A stretch of 64,000 nucleotides of DNA. Origin: Malacoraja senta. Its lineage: Eukaryota. Position numbers and translations under genes: made by a program. This document shows, one piece after another, positions 51,664-64,000 of the stretch. The notes beneath the pieces were generated by a model, which ran no database searches, was not told where the DNA came from, and saw only the letters and a list, made by a program, of their open reading frames with translations. The stretch is taken from the NCBI GenBank assembly GCA_038087875.1, contig CM075997.1, forward strand, positions 2,730,001-2,794,000, written 5' to 3'. Every line of letters begins with the position of its first letter. The stretch's first letter is position 1.

Positions 51664-52296
51664 CTGGAGAGACACAGACCTCAATCAGCTTCTGTTGCCA
51701 CTCAACATAGATTGCCAAGTATCATCAGACCTCAACCAGTGCCATAACTTGGGCTCATTAGCCTGCAGGTTGACGGCGATCCTTTTTGCTTACACACGTC
51801 ACCATAGCACAGCAAATGACTCCATGTTACAAAACGCTGAGGCACTTGGGCTGCAGGAACCACACTGCGACAGCATCAACCAAGTGCAAGGAAAGAAACG
51901 ATGCGCTGTGCTCCCTTAATCAAGTGGCGAGATCAAGGCAGAAATGTTAAATTATGATGGAGTTTAAAGATTGATAGATGGAGGTTTTTTTTGTCGGCAG
52001 CTCCAATAAAAAAGGCCGCACGGATAAAAGTCAGTTACAAGTCTTTTAAGGGGGGCATGAAAAATGTGTTCATCCCAAACAGTTACATGGTGTGATTTGC
52101 TACATTGGGAATAGTTCAGTCCCTCTTGAAAAATAAATTACAAGGGAGAATGGAAAACAGTGATGAAGTATGGACCAGTTGGGTCAAATTGCATGATTTT
52201 GCAGTTTCCTTGCCACCCTCAATACCCGTTGTCAACCTCACAGAAGTGGCAATAGCAGAGGATGCGATTGCATCCAGTTGGTCCCGAAATACTTAC

Positions 52297-52369
52297 CATC
52301 TTTCTTAATCTTCTCATTCAGATTATTGATGTAGATGGTGTGGTTGGGACGGGTGTCCTGGACAGACAT
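52297..52369 (-). CDS. SNRPA: U1 snRNP A, first coding exon
   Basis: [25 protein letters not shown]|gtaagt donor. Likely acceptor at 52408-52410, implying a non-coding exon 1 upstream. The six exons join to 278 aa. Confidence 0.96.
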
Positions 52370-53015
52370 GGCTCTTCACGAAGCTAAATGAGACCCGACA
52401 GCTATCCCTGCAAGACAAACCTTGTCACTGCTACAGAATACCAACAAACAAATCACTACAATCACTACAAGAGAGCAAAGGTTGACCTGAAATCACAAGT
52501 TTAAATCCAAACACAGCAACTTGTGAAATCTTATAAACCCTAAAGTATTTTGGCTTTGACCAGACAATAACAACCAAAGATCAACACAGACCCTAACTAG
52601 TTTACAGACATCAAAAAAGATCCAATGTGATACGGAGATGCAAGAGATTGCAGACAGTGGAATCTTGAACAAACAAAAGATTGCTGGAGGAACCCAGCAG
52701 GCCAGGCAGCAGCGGCTGAGGGAAATGGCCAGATGATGTTTTGGGTCAGGATCCTTCTTCAGATTGTGTGAAGGGTCCTGACTGGAAATGCCTGTCCATT
52801 TCCCTCCATCTTACCCGCTTTGTTCCTCCCATAGTTTGTTTTGTTCAACATGGGTGCAATGTGACTGTGAATGGATTGAAGACCCCAAGCAGGCCCATCG
52901 TGCAGCAATGAAACAATGCCACTCCCATCCCAACTCAACCCATTGGGTTACTCCAGCACTTTGTGGCTTTCTTTGGTAAACCAGCATCTGCACTTCTTTA
53001 ATACTATAGACAATA

Positions 53016-54057
53016 GTAGGTATGTTACAAAACTTACCTTCAGTCGCGCTGTAATTCTGCCACTGGCCGTGTGCGCGATTTTGGCGCCTTTAAGGGGGGG
53101 GCGGGGTTAAAACACGGTTTCTCCTCCCTTGTCCTGGAAATATTTTGTTGGAGTACAAACCTTGGCTGACAAAATCGTTCCTACCGGCGTTTTGTGAATT
53201 TTTTATTTTTATTAAATCGTCAATGTCAGCGCTACAGTCATTTTAAAAGCAGCTCCTGAAGCGTCAACGCCGATAACGGGGACGGATTTCACACAATGGA
53301 CAGGTAAACGAAAGTGCTTTCTTTAAATGTATAAAAGTGCTTCTTAAGAAGCCTTTAATTCACATTTTGTCATGCGACACGGTGATTTTATTCCCCAATT
53401 AACAGCAGTATTTTTCATGCCAATACGGGGTTAAATTCACCGCAAATCAACGTTCCAAAAGATTGCGTTCCAGTAATCCTCACTCGCAAGATGAATTAAA
53501 TCCCCATTAATTTCCAGGTATTAAACATTCAATTCCTTCCATTTGGCCTGTAAATTCATGAAAATTAGATTTAAAAATTATGTTATATTGTGAATTATTG
53601 TGTGAATGTTATTTGGACACTTAGGCTATTTAAAAATGTTAATCTATTCTTAAGAAATTGATAGATGTTTAGATCTAGTAATTGAATTTTGTAATTAGCT
53701 ACAATTAGGTAACTAACTAATTATATGCTTTACTTTCATGTCTTCGAAGTAAGATTGTTTCATATTTGTTTCAGAATGCTTCAATCTATAATACCTGAAA
53801 ATTTCTTTCAGTTACCATAATTTTTAAGAAAGTTATGGGCTTTTAACTGTCCTCGATCACAGCTTTTGTGTTAAGTCAATGGAAAAGCAATAGGGAACTA
53901 GATGCTAATTTCTGAGTATGATAATGGCCATAACTTTTTTAATACTGAAGATATGAAAGTGAATTAAGTGTCAAATTAAACTTCTTTTTATGCTTTATCT
54001 GATGGGATAAATTGCAGACTTTATTTTTTAAATCTCAAAATTTTGTAACATTGCTAC
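53016..54057. mobile_element. ~1 kb AT-rich non-autonomous TIR element upstream of the first SNRPA coding exon (presumed intron 1)
   Basis: TIRs GTAGGTATGTTACAAAACTT / AAATTTTGTAACATTGCTAC, flanked by a 58-bp direct repeat. Confidence 0.8.
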
Positions 54058-54449
54058 ACTTTGTGGCTTTCTTTGGTAAACCAGCATCTGCACTTCTTTA
54101 ATACTATAGACAATAGGTGCAGGAGTAGGCCATTTGGCCCTTCGAGCCAGCTCCGCCATTCAAGGTGATCATCCCCAATACTCTCCCTGTACCTTTGTTC
54201 AGTAACATCCCACTCTGCCTCTCCTCAGAACTGTTCCCCAGTATAGCCCTACGGCTTATGTTAACAAGAGTCTCATCATCCCCACCGCTAACACCACTCA
54301 CCCCCTTCCTCCATCTCCTACAAACCCCTTCCCTCCCTCCCCCTCCTCACCCCAACTTTCTCTCTCATCCACCCCTGCTTCTTTCGCTCCTCCCTTTATC
54401 ACTCCCCGCCCCTTCCCTCACGAACTAACCCTTTCCCATCCCTCCCTCT

Positions 54450-55300
54450 CCGGCTCCACGCCGCCCATTACTCCCCCTACGCAATCAGTCTCCCCCCGCC
54501 ACGCCAGGCCCCTAGAAGCCCATCAGACCCACTCGCCTCCTCCTTCCCTCCCCGGGCTGACCGGCACCGGAAGCCCCGCCCGCCGGGACGCGGGACCTCT
54601 CCCCGCCAGCCCGGTAAGATGGCGGCCGTGAGGCCACGCGGGAGGGAGGGAGGTAGGGCCGGGTCAGCGCGTTACCCCGTGTACCCGCCGCTCCCCAACT
54701 CACAATGGCCGCCGACGATCCGCCGCTCGATATCCCGCCCTCACCCGTGTCCCCGACCCCGCACCGATCCGATGCAACGACGCGCCAACTGCCGCCCGCT
54801 CCCGCCTCACCCGCTCCAACCGCCGGCCCGACGCGCCGCTCCCGTGCCCGCGCTGCTCGCTCCCGCGCAAAGATGCTCCCGCGCGCGACCCCGTCACCGC
54901 TCCAACCGCCGCCCCATGTCCCGCCCCCACCCGCTCCCCATTGGCCAGCCCCGCCGCCCATCCGCGCGCTGATTGGCGGCCGCCGCCGTCGATCATCACC
55001 CTCCCTCGCAGCGGAAAGACCCGCCCAAAATAACCGCCGCCCTTTAACCCCGCGGTTTCCCACCGAGTTTATTCACGCCCCGCCGCTCCGGCAGCAATCA
55101 TCCTGTCAGTTATAAACGCCCGCACCTTGTTTTATTTTAAATTTTAATCGTTTCTGGCCCGTTAAATGATATGTCCGGAACCTGATTGGTGGGCGCCGAT
55201 GTCAATAACGACGCTGTGAACCAATCGGGCGAGGGGTGCGACCTGAAGGATCCCGCCCCCCGTCGCGGTGACGTCATGACCTCCCCTCCCCCACTCCCCC
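54450..55300. promoter_or_regulatory. CpG island, bidirectional promoter between SNRPA (-) and ACTMAP (+)
   Basis: Very GC/CpG-rich. Contains YY1-like AAGATGGCGGC (54616), ETS CCGGAAG (54568), several CCAAT/ATTGG boxes, GC boxes and a CRE TGACGTCA (~55269). Sits between two divergent genes. Confidence 0.85.
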
Positions 55301-55324
55301 CCCCCCCCATCTGCTGAGTTCAGC

Positions 55325-55445
55325 ACTTCCCCTGTCCAAGCCCATGCACTACTGTGCAGGAAGAAACTTCCCCTGTCCAAGCCCATGCACTACTGTGCAG
55401 GAAGAAACTTCCCCTGTCCAAGCCCATGCACTACTGTGCAGGAAG
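55325..55445. repeat. 41-bp tandem repeat x3
   Basis: acttcccctgtccaagcccatgcactactgtgcaggaagaa starting at 55325, 55366 and 55407. Confidence 0.92.
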
Positions 55446-55744
55446 GAACTGCAGATGCTGGTCTACACCGAAGATAGACACAAAGTGCTGGAGTAACTCA
55501 GCGGGACAGGGAGCATCTCTGGAAAACAGGGATAGGTGATGTTTCTGGATAAGACCTTCCTTCTATCTAGCCCTCCCTCTAACAACAGGTGTCAAGAGGT
55601 TACGGGGAGAAGGCAGGAGAATGAGGTTAGGATGGAGAGATAGATCAGCCATGATTGAATGGCGGAGTAGACTTGATGGGCCGAATAGCCTGATTCTACT
55701 CCTATTCCTTATGAACATCCCATACAACATTTTCGGATGGATCA

Positions 55745-56400
55745 TAGGTTATAGAGTCATAGAGTGATACAGTGTGGAAACAGGCCCAACTTGCCCACAC
55801 CAGCCAATATGTCCCAGCTACACTAGTCCCACCTGCTCGCATTTGGTCCATATCTCTCCAAACCTAGCCTATTCATGTCCCTGTCTAATTGTTTCTTAAA
55901 TGTTGGGATAATCCTTACCTCAACTACCTCATCTGGCAGCTCGTTCCATACACCCGCCACCCTTTGCGTGAAAAGATACCCCTCAGATTCTTATTAAATA
56001 TTTTCCCCTTCACCTTAAACCTGTGTCCTCTGGTCCTCGATTCACCTACTCTGGGCAAGAGACTGTGCATCTACCCAATCCATTCCTCTCATGATTTTAT
56101 ACACCTCGATAAGATCACCACTCATCCTCCTGCGCTCCAAGGAATAGAGTCCCAGCCTACTCAACCTCTCCCAATACCTCAGACCCTCTGGTCCGGGCAA
56201 CATCCTTGTAAATCTTCTCTGTACCCTTTGAAGCTTGACAACATCTTTTCTATAACATGGTGCCCAGAACTGATCACAATACTCTAAATGCGGCCTCACC
56301 AACATCTTATACAACTACAACATGACCTCCCAACTTCTATACTCAATACACTGACTGATGAAGGCCAATGTGCCAAAAGCCTTTTTGACCTCCCTATCTA
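55745..56400 (-). mobile_element. CR1-type LINE 3' fragment (second subfamily)
   Basis: [40 protein letters not shown]. Confidence 0.85.
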
Positions 56401-58078
56401 CGTGAGTTCATAAGTGTTAGGAACAAAATTAGGCCATTCGGCCCATCATGGCTGATCTATCTTTCCCTCTTAACCCCTTTCTCCTGCCTGCTCCCTATAA
56501 CCTGTGACACCAATACTAATCAAAAATCCTTAAAAAATATCCATTGACTTGGCCTCCACAGCCTTCTGTAGCAAAGAATTCCACAGATTCACCACCATTT
56601 GACTAAATAAATTCCTCCACATCTCCTTCCTAAAGAAACATCCTTTAAATCTGAGGCTGTGACCTCTGGTCCTAGACTCTCCCACTAGAGGAAAAATATT
56701 CCTCTCCCCATCCACTCTAACCAAGCCTTTCACTTTTCGGTCAGTTTAAATGAAAATCCCTTCATCCTTCTAAACTCCAGCGAGTAGAGGCCCAGCGGAG
56801 TGGGATGCGATGGCGTGTGGGTCGGTGAGGGAGATGGGAATGGTGTTGGAAGAAGGGACATATATAAAGTTGGGTGGGATGGTGAGAGGGAGACACGAGA
56901 GCCCATCACAACCCCTCTCACCATCCCGGGCAAAATCAAAAGTGCTGGAGGAACGCAGCGGATCAGGCAGCATCTGCGGAGGGAATGGACAGATGATGTT
57001 TTGGGTTGGGACCCTTTTTCAGATTGACGATGAGTCTGAAGAAGGGTCCCGACTCGAAACGTCCTCTGACCATTCCCTTCGCAGATGCTGTCTGATCCAC
57101 TGAGTTCCTCCAACCCTTTCTTATTTAGCTCCAGATTCCAGCATCTGCAGTTTCTTGTGTCTCCCTCTCATCACTCCACTCACCATCTCTACATCTTTTC
57201 TTCCACCACCCTCTCTAACTCCCTCTCTTCTACCTTCTCTCCATCCAATCCCACCTCACCTCCTCACTCCATCTCTTAGCCCAACTCCATTCTGGCAATT
57301 TACAGAGGGCCAATTAACCCACAAACCTGCACGTCTTTGGAATAGAGAATAGGTGCAGGAGTAGGCCATTCGGCCCTTCGAGCCAGCACCGCCATTCAAT
57401 GTGATCATGGCTGATCATCCCCAATCAGTACCTCATTCCTGCCTTCTCCCCATATCCCCTGACTCCGCTATCTTTAATAGCCCTTTCTAGCTCTCTCTTG
57501 AAAGTATCCAGAAAACTGGCCTCCACCGCCCTCAGAGGCAGAGAATTCCACAGACTCACAACTCTGTGAGAAAATGTGGTTCCTCGTCTGGCAAAGAACC
57601 GGAGCACCCGGAAAAACCCCACGTGGTCACAGGGAGAACTTACAAACTCTGTACCCGAGGTCAGGGTCGAACCTGGGTCACTGGCACTGTGAAGCAACAA
57701 CCCTACCGCTGCTCCACCGTGCTGCCCAATCTGCCTAATGACAACTGCCTTCCCCTTCCCGCACCTTGCTCAATATCATCCTGCACTCTCTCATCTCTCC
57801 TCAGCACTGATCAGCACTGATCCCTACCTACTCCACTCCTTGCCTTAATAACCCTACATCCCAGACGAATGCAGAAAGTGTTTGGCATTAAAACCTAGAC
57901 TGATTGTCACTATTTTTTCTCTTGCGTACGCATCATAACCTGTTGGTTCAGGATTCCTGATTACTGAAGTTGGCAAAGACGGGTTGAAAAATACCAACAT
58001 TCAGAGGATACCCAGCCTGTCTAATTAAACCATTGAGGCGTAAATTAACTGACGTCGCGTGCGAAATCCAGAACACAA

Positions 58079-58320
58079 ATGTCGCAACAATGGAGGGCAG
58101 GTTCCTGGGACGACGACTCTGTGATCTCTTCAGAATCAGAAAGGTTGCAACCACATCTACCTCCCCCTCCTCCTCCCCCTCCCCCTCCCCCACCCCCTCC
58201 GTTATCCAACCCACTACCATCACCTGCAAAGAAGCTGTACCAAGTTCTTGCAGAAGGTCAATTGCAGCCAAGAAATGTCCGAGAAGAATTGAAGGCGCTG
58301 TTCCAGAATCGATCTGACAG
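58079..58320 (+). CDS. ACTMAP: Actin maturation protease (C19orf54/UPF0692), first coding exon (poly-Pro N-terminus)
   Basis: MSQQWRAG...PPPPPPPPPPPPPP...KKLYQVLAEG...REELKALFQNRSD, AG|gtacag donor. Likely acceptor at 57950-57951. Confidence 0.82.
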
Positions 58321-61095
58321 GTACAGAGACCTAAACAATGCAAGCCTGCTAATGGTTTCATTCATTTGTTCTATATCTCTCTATATTACCATCTACATCT
58401 CTTGTTTCCCTCTCCCCTGACTCAGTCTGAAGAAGGGTCTTGACCCGAAACATCAGCTATTCCTTTTTGCCAGAGATGCTGTGTGACCTGCTGAGTTGCT
58501 CCAGCTTTTGTGTCTATCCCCTGCTAATTGTCACCTCCTTTGTCTCTCTGGCAGGCTGCTAATATCAATAGGGCGGCACAGTGGCGCAGCGGGTAGAGAA
58601 GCTGCCTCACAACGCCGGAGTGCCGAGTTCGATCCTGACGACGGGTGCTGTCTGTGTGGAGTTTGCACGTTCTCCCTGTGACTGCGTGGGCTTCCTCCAG
58701 TTTCCTTGCACATCCCAGTGCTTGTGTGTTTGTACGTTAATTTGTCCACTGTAAATTTGCCCCTGGCGTGTAGGGAGTGGATGAGAGAGTGAGATAACGT
58801 TGAACTGGTATGAACGGGTGATCGGTAGACTTGGTGGGCCAAAGGGCTTGTTTCTGTGCTGTATCTTTCAAAGCAGTATTTGGAATATTGCATGTGGTTC
58901 AGGTTGCCCTGCTACAGGGAGGATGTGGAGGCTTTGGAATTGGTGCGGAATAGGTTTATCACAATGATCCCGCGATTACAGCGCCTTAACTACAGGGAGT
59001 GATTGAACAGATGAGAGTCCAGTACAGTTCTATGTTCTATTTTAGGCGGTGGAGGCCGGTTCTCTGGATGCTTTCAAGAGAGAGCTAGATAGGGCTCTTA
59101 AAGATAGCGGAGTCAGGGGATATGGGGAGAAGGCAGGAACGGGGTACTGATTGGGGATGATCAGCCATGATCACATTGAATGGCGGTGCTGGCTTGAAGG
59201 GCCGAATGGCCTACTCCTGCACCTATTGTCTATTGTTCATTAGCACTGAACAGGGGTGGAAGATTGCAACCTTCACATGGTCCGCCCTGTTTCGACTAAT
59301 ACAATCAACTCGACGTGCACAAACGGAAGATCAAATAGAATAAGTTGTCCAACAACTTTAGGCTGTGCACGCCACACGAAAGAAGAAGTAGAAGCACTGA
59401 ACAGAATAAGGTGCAGAAGAGCAGAATACATTTTAATGGATAAACCACGACCACATGTTAGTCAATGATAATATTGAACTCTGTGTGATTAAAGGCAAAC
59501 GAGGAACCTTGAATGCAGCTAAATGTTGGACAAGCTGGGTTTATATCCAATGCAGTTGAGAAGAGTGAGACGGGACTTGACTCAAACACACACACCATGA
59601 GGAGATTTGCCAGGGTAGATGTAGAGAGGGTTTTCTGTTGTGAAGAATCCAGAACTAAAGGTTGTTATTTAAATGTAAAGGGATCGCCTGTAAGTTCATA
59701 AGTGATAGTAGCAGAATTAGGCCATTCGGCCCATCAAGTCTACTCCGCCATTCAATCATGGCAGATCTATCTCGCCGCCTCAACCGCATTCTCCTGCCTT
59801 CTCCCCATTACCCCTGACACCCGTACTAAGAAAGAGTTGAGGCACTTTTATTTCTTGAAGCGTTGAGTGTGTTTGGAACTTTCTTCCTTGAGGGGTGGTG
59901 GAAGCAGTCTTCCAATGGGGAGGTAGATGGATTCTTGATAGGAAGTGGGTGAAGGGTTAGCGGGGAGAGGCTGAGATGCTGGCAGATCAGATGACAGAAC
60001 ACGCTCAACGTGCCAAGTCTTATTTATAATCTGAATGTTCCTATTGCAGGTTAGTAATATAGCCTGCAGGTTAAAGCAAGTCAGGGTCACTCCCTGTGTG
60101 TCATTGCAAGTTAAACATATATCCACGCTAATGCATTTAAACCACAAGTATTGCATGTTATTGCCAACTAACACACGTGTAGCAGGCTTGCCTACACCCT
60201 GTTCACCTCTGCAGGTTAGCTTTCTACCCGATTAGAAGCTGACAGAGCATCCTTTCGTCTTTACGCATTAATCTTGCACCCTTTGTGCTATTTAGTTTTG
60301 GTTTGGTTTGGTTTAGTTTAGAGAGACAGCGCGGAAACAGGTCCTTTGGCCCACCGAGTCCGCACCCGCCAGCGATTCCTGCACATTAACCTTCTGAACC
60401 TTCTGAATTTTGTAGTCGGCAGGGCAGTACTCTGCATATCGTCAACTTTGGACAATTTTACATTTTTATCAAGCCAATTAATCAAGCCAATTAACCTACA
60501 AACCTGTACGTCTTTGAAGTGTGGGAGGAAACCGAAGATCTCGGGGAAAACCTACACAGATCACGGGGAGAACGTACAAACTCCATACAGAAGATCTCTG
60601 AGAAAACCCACGGGGAGAACGTACAAACTCCATACAGACAGCACCCGTAGTCGGGATTGAACCTGGGTCTCTGGCGCTGCATTTTGCTGTAAGGCAGCAA
60701 CTCTACCGCTGTGCCACCATGACCGCCCACTAACACTATGACACACACATAGGGACAATTTTGAGAAGGCAATTAACCGACATACCTGTACGTCGTACGA
60801 ATGTGGGAGGATAGCCGGAGCACCCGGAGGAGACACACGCAGGTCACGGGGAGAAGGTACAGACAGCTCCCGTAGTCATGATCGAACCCGGGTCTGTGGT
60901 GCTGTAGGGCAGCAACTCTACCGCTGCGTTACCGTGCCGCCCACATTGAGCATCATAACCCTGCGTGCTATTCAACATTATGGACCCTGTGAACTGTTTA
61001 TCCCCAGTGTGTTAACATAGGTGACCTGCGACAAAGTGGCAGGTGTTCCTCCAGCAATGAAGATTTTAGCATCTTATCTTTTTATTCTTTCACAG

Positions 61096-61164
61096 TTTTA
61101 GCAAAGAGTTGAACTGGCTGCTGATTAACAAACCGGTGCCCTCACTGATCCAGGATGGTCCACA
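61096..61164 (+). CDS. ACTMAP: ACTMAP coding exon 2
   Basis: (S)FSKELNWLLINKPVPSLIQDGP(Q), 69 nt, matches the family PSLIQxGPQ motif. Confidence 0.92.
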
Positions 61165-62800
61165 GTAAGTAGCCAATCCCTTTTATTTGTAAACCATTCA
61201 TTTGTGTAAATCATTGGCATCTTGATGTTTTTAAGAAGGAAATGCAGATGCTGGAAAAATCTAAGGTAGATAAAAAATGCTGGAGAAACTCAGCGGGTGA
61301 GGCAGCATCTATGGAGCGATGGAAAAAGGCAACGTTTCGGGTCGAGACCCTTCTTCAGACAGAAGGAAAAAGGCAATGTTTCGGGTCGAGACCCTTCTTC
61401 AGACAGAAGGAAAAAGGCAACGTTTCGGGTCGAGACCCTTAAGGAAACGTTGCCTCTTTCCTTCGCTCCATAGATGCTGCCTCACCCGCTGAGTTTCTCC
61501 AGCATTTTCTATCTACCTGGCATCTTGATATTGGTGTGTTGCAGTTTCAAACTCCATTCTAGATTGGGCGGCACGGTGGCGCAGAGGTACAGTTACTGCC
61601 TCACAGCGCCAGAGACACGGGTTCAATCCTGACTATGGTTGCTGTCTGCATGGAGTTTGCACGTGCTAAAGCTGCTGTCTCTCTGCGCCAGAGACGCAGC
61701 CTCTAGGTTGACCTCAGATGCTGTCTGTGGAGTTTGCACGTTCCCTCGGCGACTGCGTTTCTGGGTTTCCTCCCACACCCCAAAGACGTGCGGATTTGTA
61801 CGTTACTTGGCCCTCTGTAAATTGCCCTTAGTGTGTGGGGAGTAGATGAGAAAGTGGGATAACATAGAACTAGTGTGAACGGTGATCGATGGTCAGTGTC
61901 GACGCGGTGGGCCGAAGGGCCTGTTTCCGTGCTGCATCTCTGAAACTAAAAACAAACTTGTGATGTACGTACACTTTATATCATTGTGCTGCAAAACCAT
62001 CATCAAGGGAGCGATAGTGGCGAAGGGTCCCACCACCCAGTCCAACAGTCAAACGCCTTCCCTCTTCACTGTTGGATGAAACCTCAAAACAACAAACGCA
62101 GGCTGTGGATGGAAATTCATAAGTTATATGAGCAGAATCAGGCCATTCGGCCCATCGAGTCTACTCCGCCATTCATTCACGGCTGATCTATCCCTCTCAA
62201 CTCCATTCTTCCGCCTTCTCCCCATAACCCCTGACACCCATACTAATCATTAATCTGTCAATCTCTGCCTTAAAAATATCCATTAACTTGGCCACCACAG
62301 CCGTCTGTGGCAATGAATTCCGCAGATTCACCATCCTCTGACTAAAGAAATTCCTCTTCATCTCCTTTCTAAAGGTATGTCCTTTTATTCGATGACTATG
62401 ACCTCCGCTCCTAGACTCCCACTAGTGGAAACATCCTCTTATCGCCACTCTCCACTCTATCTAGGCTTTTCACTATTCAGTAAGTTTCAATGAGGCTCCC
62501 CCTTATCCTTCTAAACTCCAGCGAATAGCAGCAAAGTGCCATCATCATTGCTCATCATTATGTCAAGGAAGGAGAAATTCCCCGAGTAACTCAATGGTCA
62601 GGCAGCGTCTCTGGAGAAAATGGATAGGGGATGTCACGGGTCAGGACCCTTCTTCAGACCCGACCCGAAACGTCAACTATCCAATTTCTCCAGAGATGCT
62701 GCCTGACCCGCTGAGTTACTCCAGCATTTTGTGTCTATCTTTGGTATAAAACAGCTGCATTCCTCAGCTCTGCTGTTTCAAAGGTTTTCTTCTATTCCAG

Positions 62801-62925
62801 GTGCGGCCTGGTTGCTCTCTGGATGGCTGGACACTTGCTGGACGCATCTGAAGCCGTGAGTCTGGAGAAGATTGTGAACTGTGCAGTGGAGAATAACTAC
62901 ACTGTTCAGGGAGAGATGTTCTCAG
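62801..62925 (+). CDS. ACTMAP: ACTMAP coding exon 3 (catalytic Cys region)
   Basis: CGLVALWMAGHLLDASEAVSLEKIVNCAVENNYTVQGEMFS, 125 nt, with conserved QCGLVALWMA and QGEMFS. Confidence 0.95.
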
Positions 62926-63486
62926 GTACTCTATAACACACAGCAGGAGATAAGGCAGTGATAGATAGATAGATTCTTGATTAGTACGGGTGTCAGGGGA
63001 TATGGGGAGAATAATAATAATAATAATAATATCTTTTATTGTCATTGCACATATGTGCAACAATATTTGGTATGCAGCTTCCATCCGATGTCATAACTTA
63101 AACAACTAATACAATTTAGATTTAGATACCCAGAGAAACATGATTTATAAAAAGAACAGTAAAACAGTCTAAAGTGCAAATGTACTAATGTACTAAATGA
63201 AGGCAGGAGAATGGGGTTAGGAGAGATAGATCAGCCATGATTGAATGGCAGAGTACACTTGATGGGCCGAATGGCCTAACTCCGCACCTATCACATTTGA
63301 ACTTATAACGCTGCTTCCTCCGCATGTCTGATTGATTCCCATTCTCTATACTTCAGCCTGGTTCAGTGATGTGGGTCACAGAACTAGTTTAGGCATAGGC
63401 ACTAGTTTAAGCATTTCTATATCTCAACAGTAGCTAAACTGTGACATCCTTATGGACTAAGGCTCTTATGTATTTTCTGATTGCAG

Positions 63487-63616
63487 GTGATAATATGGTG
63501 AACCTGGCCAAAGAGGTCTTTACATGTCATGGTGAACTGCTCACTGATGGTTTAATGGGCAGCAACAGATCCAGAATACTGAGCCACCTGAAGGCTGGTT
63601 ATCCCGTGTTAATACC
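63487..63616 (+). CDS. ACTMAP: ACTMAP coding exon 4 (gene continues beyond window)
   Basis: (G)DNMVNLAKEVFTCHGELLTDGLMGSNRSRILSHLKAGYPVLI(P), followed by the U12-type donor GTATCCTT. Confidence 0.9.
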
Positions 63617-64000
63617 GTATCCTTGGAAATGCTCGTCAAGGCGTCCCCTGCCCGTACTGACCTGGAGACACCAGGAACTGCAGATGCTGGGTTACAAACA
63701 AAAAAAAGACACAAAGTGTTGGAATAATCCAGCGGGTCCAGCAGCATCTCTGGAGAACATGGACAGGTCACCTATCCTTATTCTCCAGAGATGCTGCCTG
63801 ACCTGCTGAGCAGCACCAGCACTCTGTGTCTTAGACAATAGAAAATAGACAATAGGTGCAGGAGTAGGCCATTCGGCCCTTCGAGCCAGCACCGCCATTC
63901 AATGTGATCATGGCTGATCATCCCCAACCAGTACCCCGTTCCTGCCTTCACCGCTTATCCCTTGACTCTGCTATTTTTAAGAGCCCTATCTAGCTCTCTT

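Noticed and set aside
54512..55115. Several 100-180 aa Arg/Pro/Gly-rich ORFs
   Set aside because: Expected by-product of a GC-rich CpG island; no recognisable domain.

Overview
Repeat-rich vertebrate genomic DNA. The repeat set (HE1-type tRNA-SINEs, CR1/HER1 LINE tails, Penelope fragments) points to a cartilaginous fish, probably a skate or ray (inference). There are two 200-N assembly gaps (1740-1939, 27546-27745). Five protein-coding genes can be read by hand: (1) a VEGF-family gene of the VEGFA/PGF/VEGFB clade on + (exons 22609-26626; first and last exons not seen); (2) the large last exon of a CIPC-like gene on + (28618-29580); (3) a complete 4-exon MIA on -; (4) a complete SNRPA (U1A) with 6 coding exons on -; (5) the first four coding exons of ACTMAP/C19orf54 on +, head-to-head with SNRPA across a CpG island. 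MIA-SNRPA-ACTMAP is the human 19q13.2 block, which has no VEGF or CIPC gene. The VEGF and CIPC-like genes are therefore candidate whole-genome-duplication paralogues lost in mammals, and the VEGF shares features with snake-venom-type VEGF-F. Other notable items: a ten-copy tandem array of the VEGF exon-3 splice donor, a U1A autoregulatory PIE hairpin with one degenerate box, a U12-type donor in ACTMAP, many Penelope-derived minimal hammerhead motifs, and a TIR element flanked by a 58-bp direct repeat. Comparisons with human and snake sequences are from memory and need alignment.
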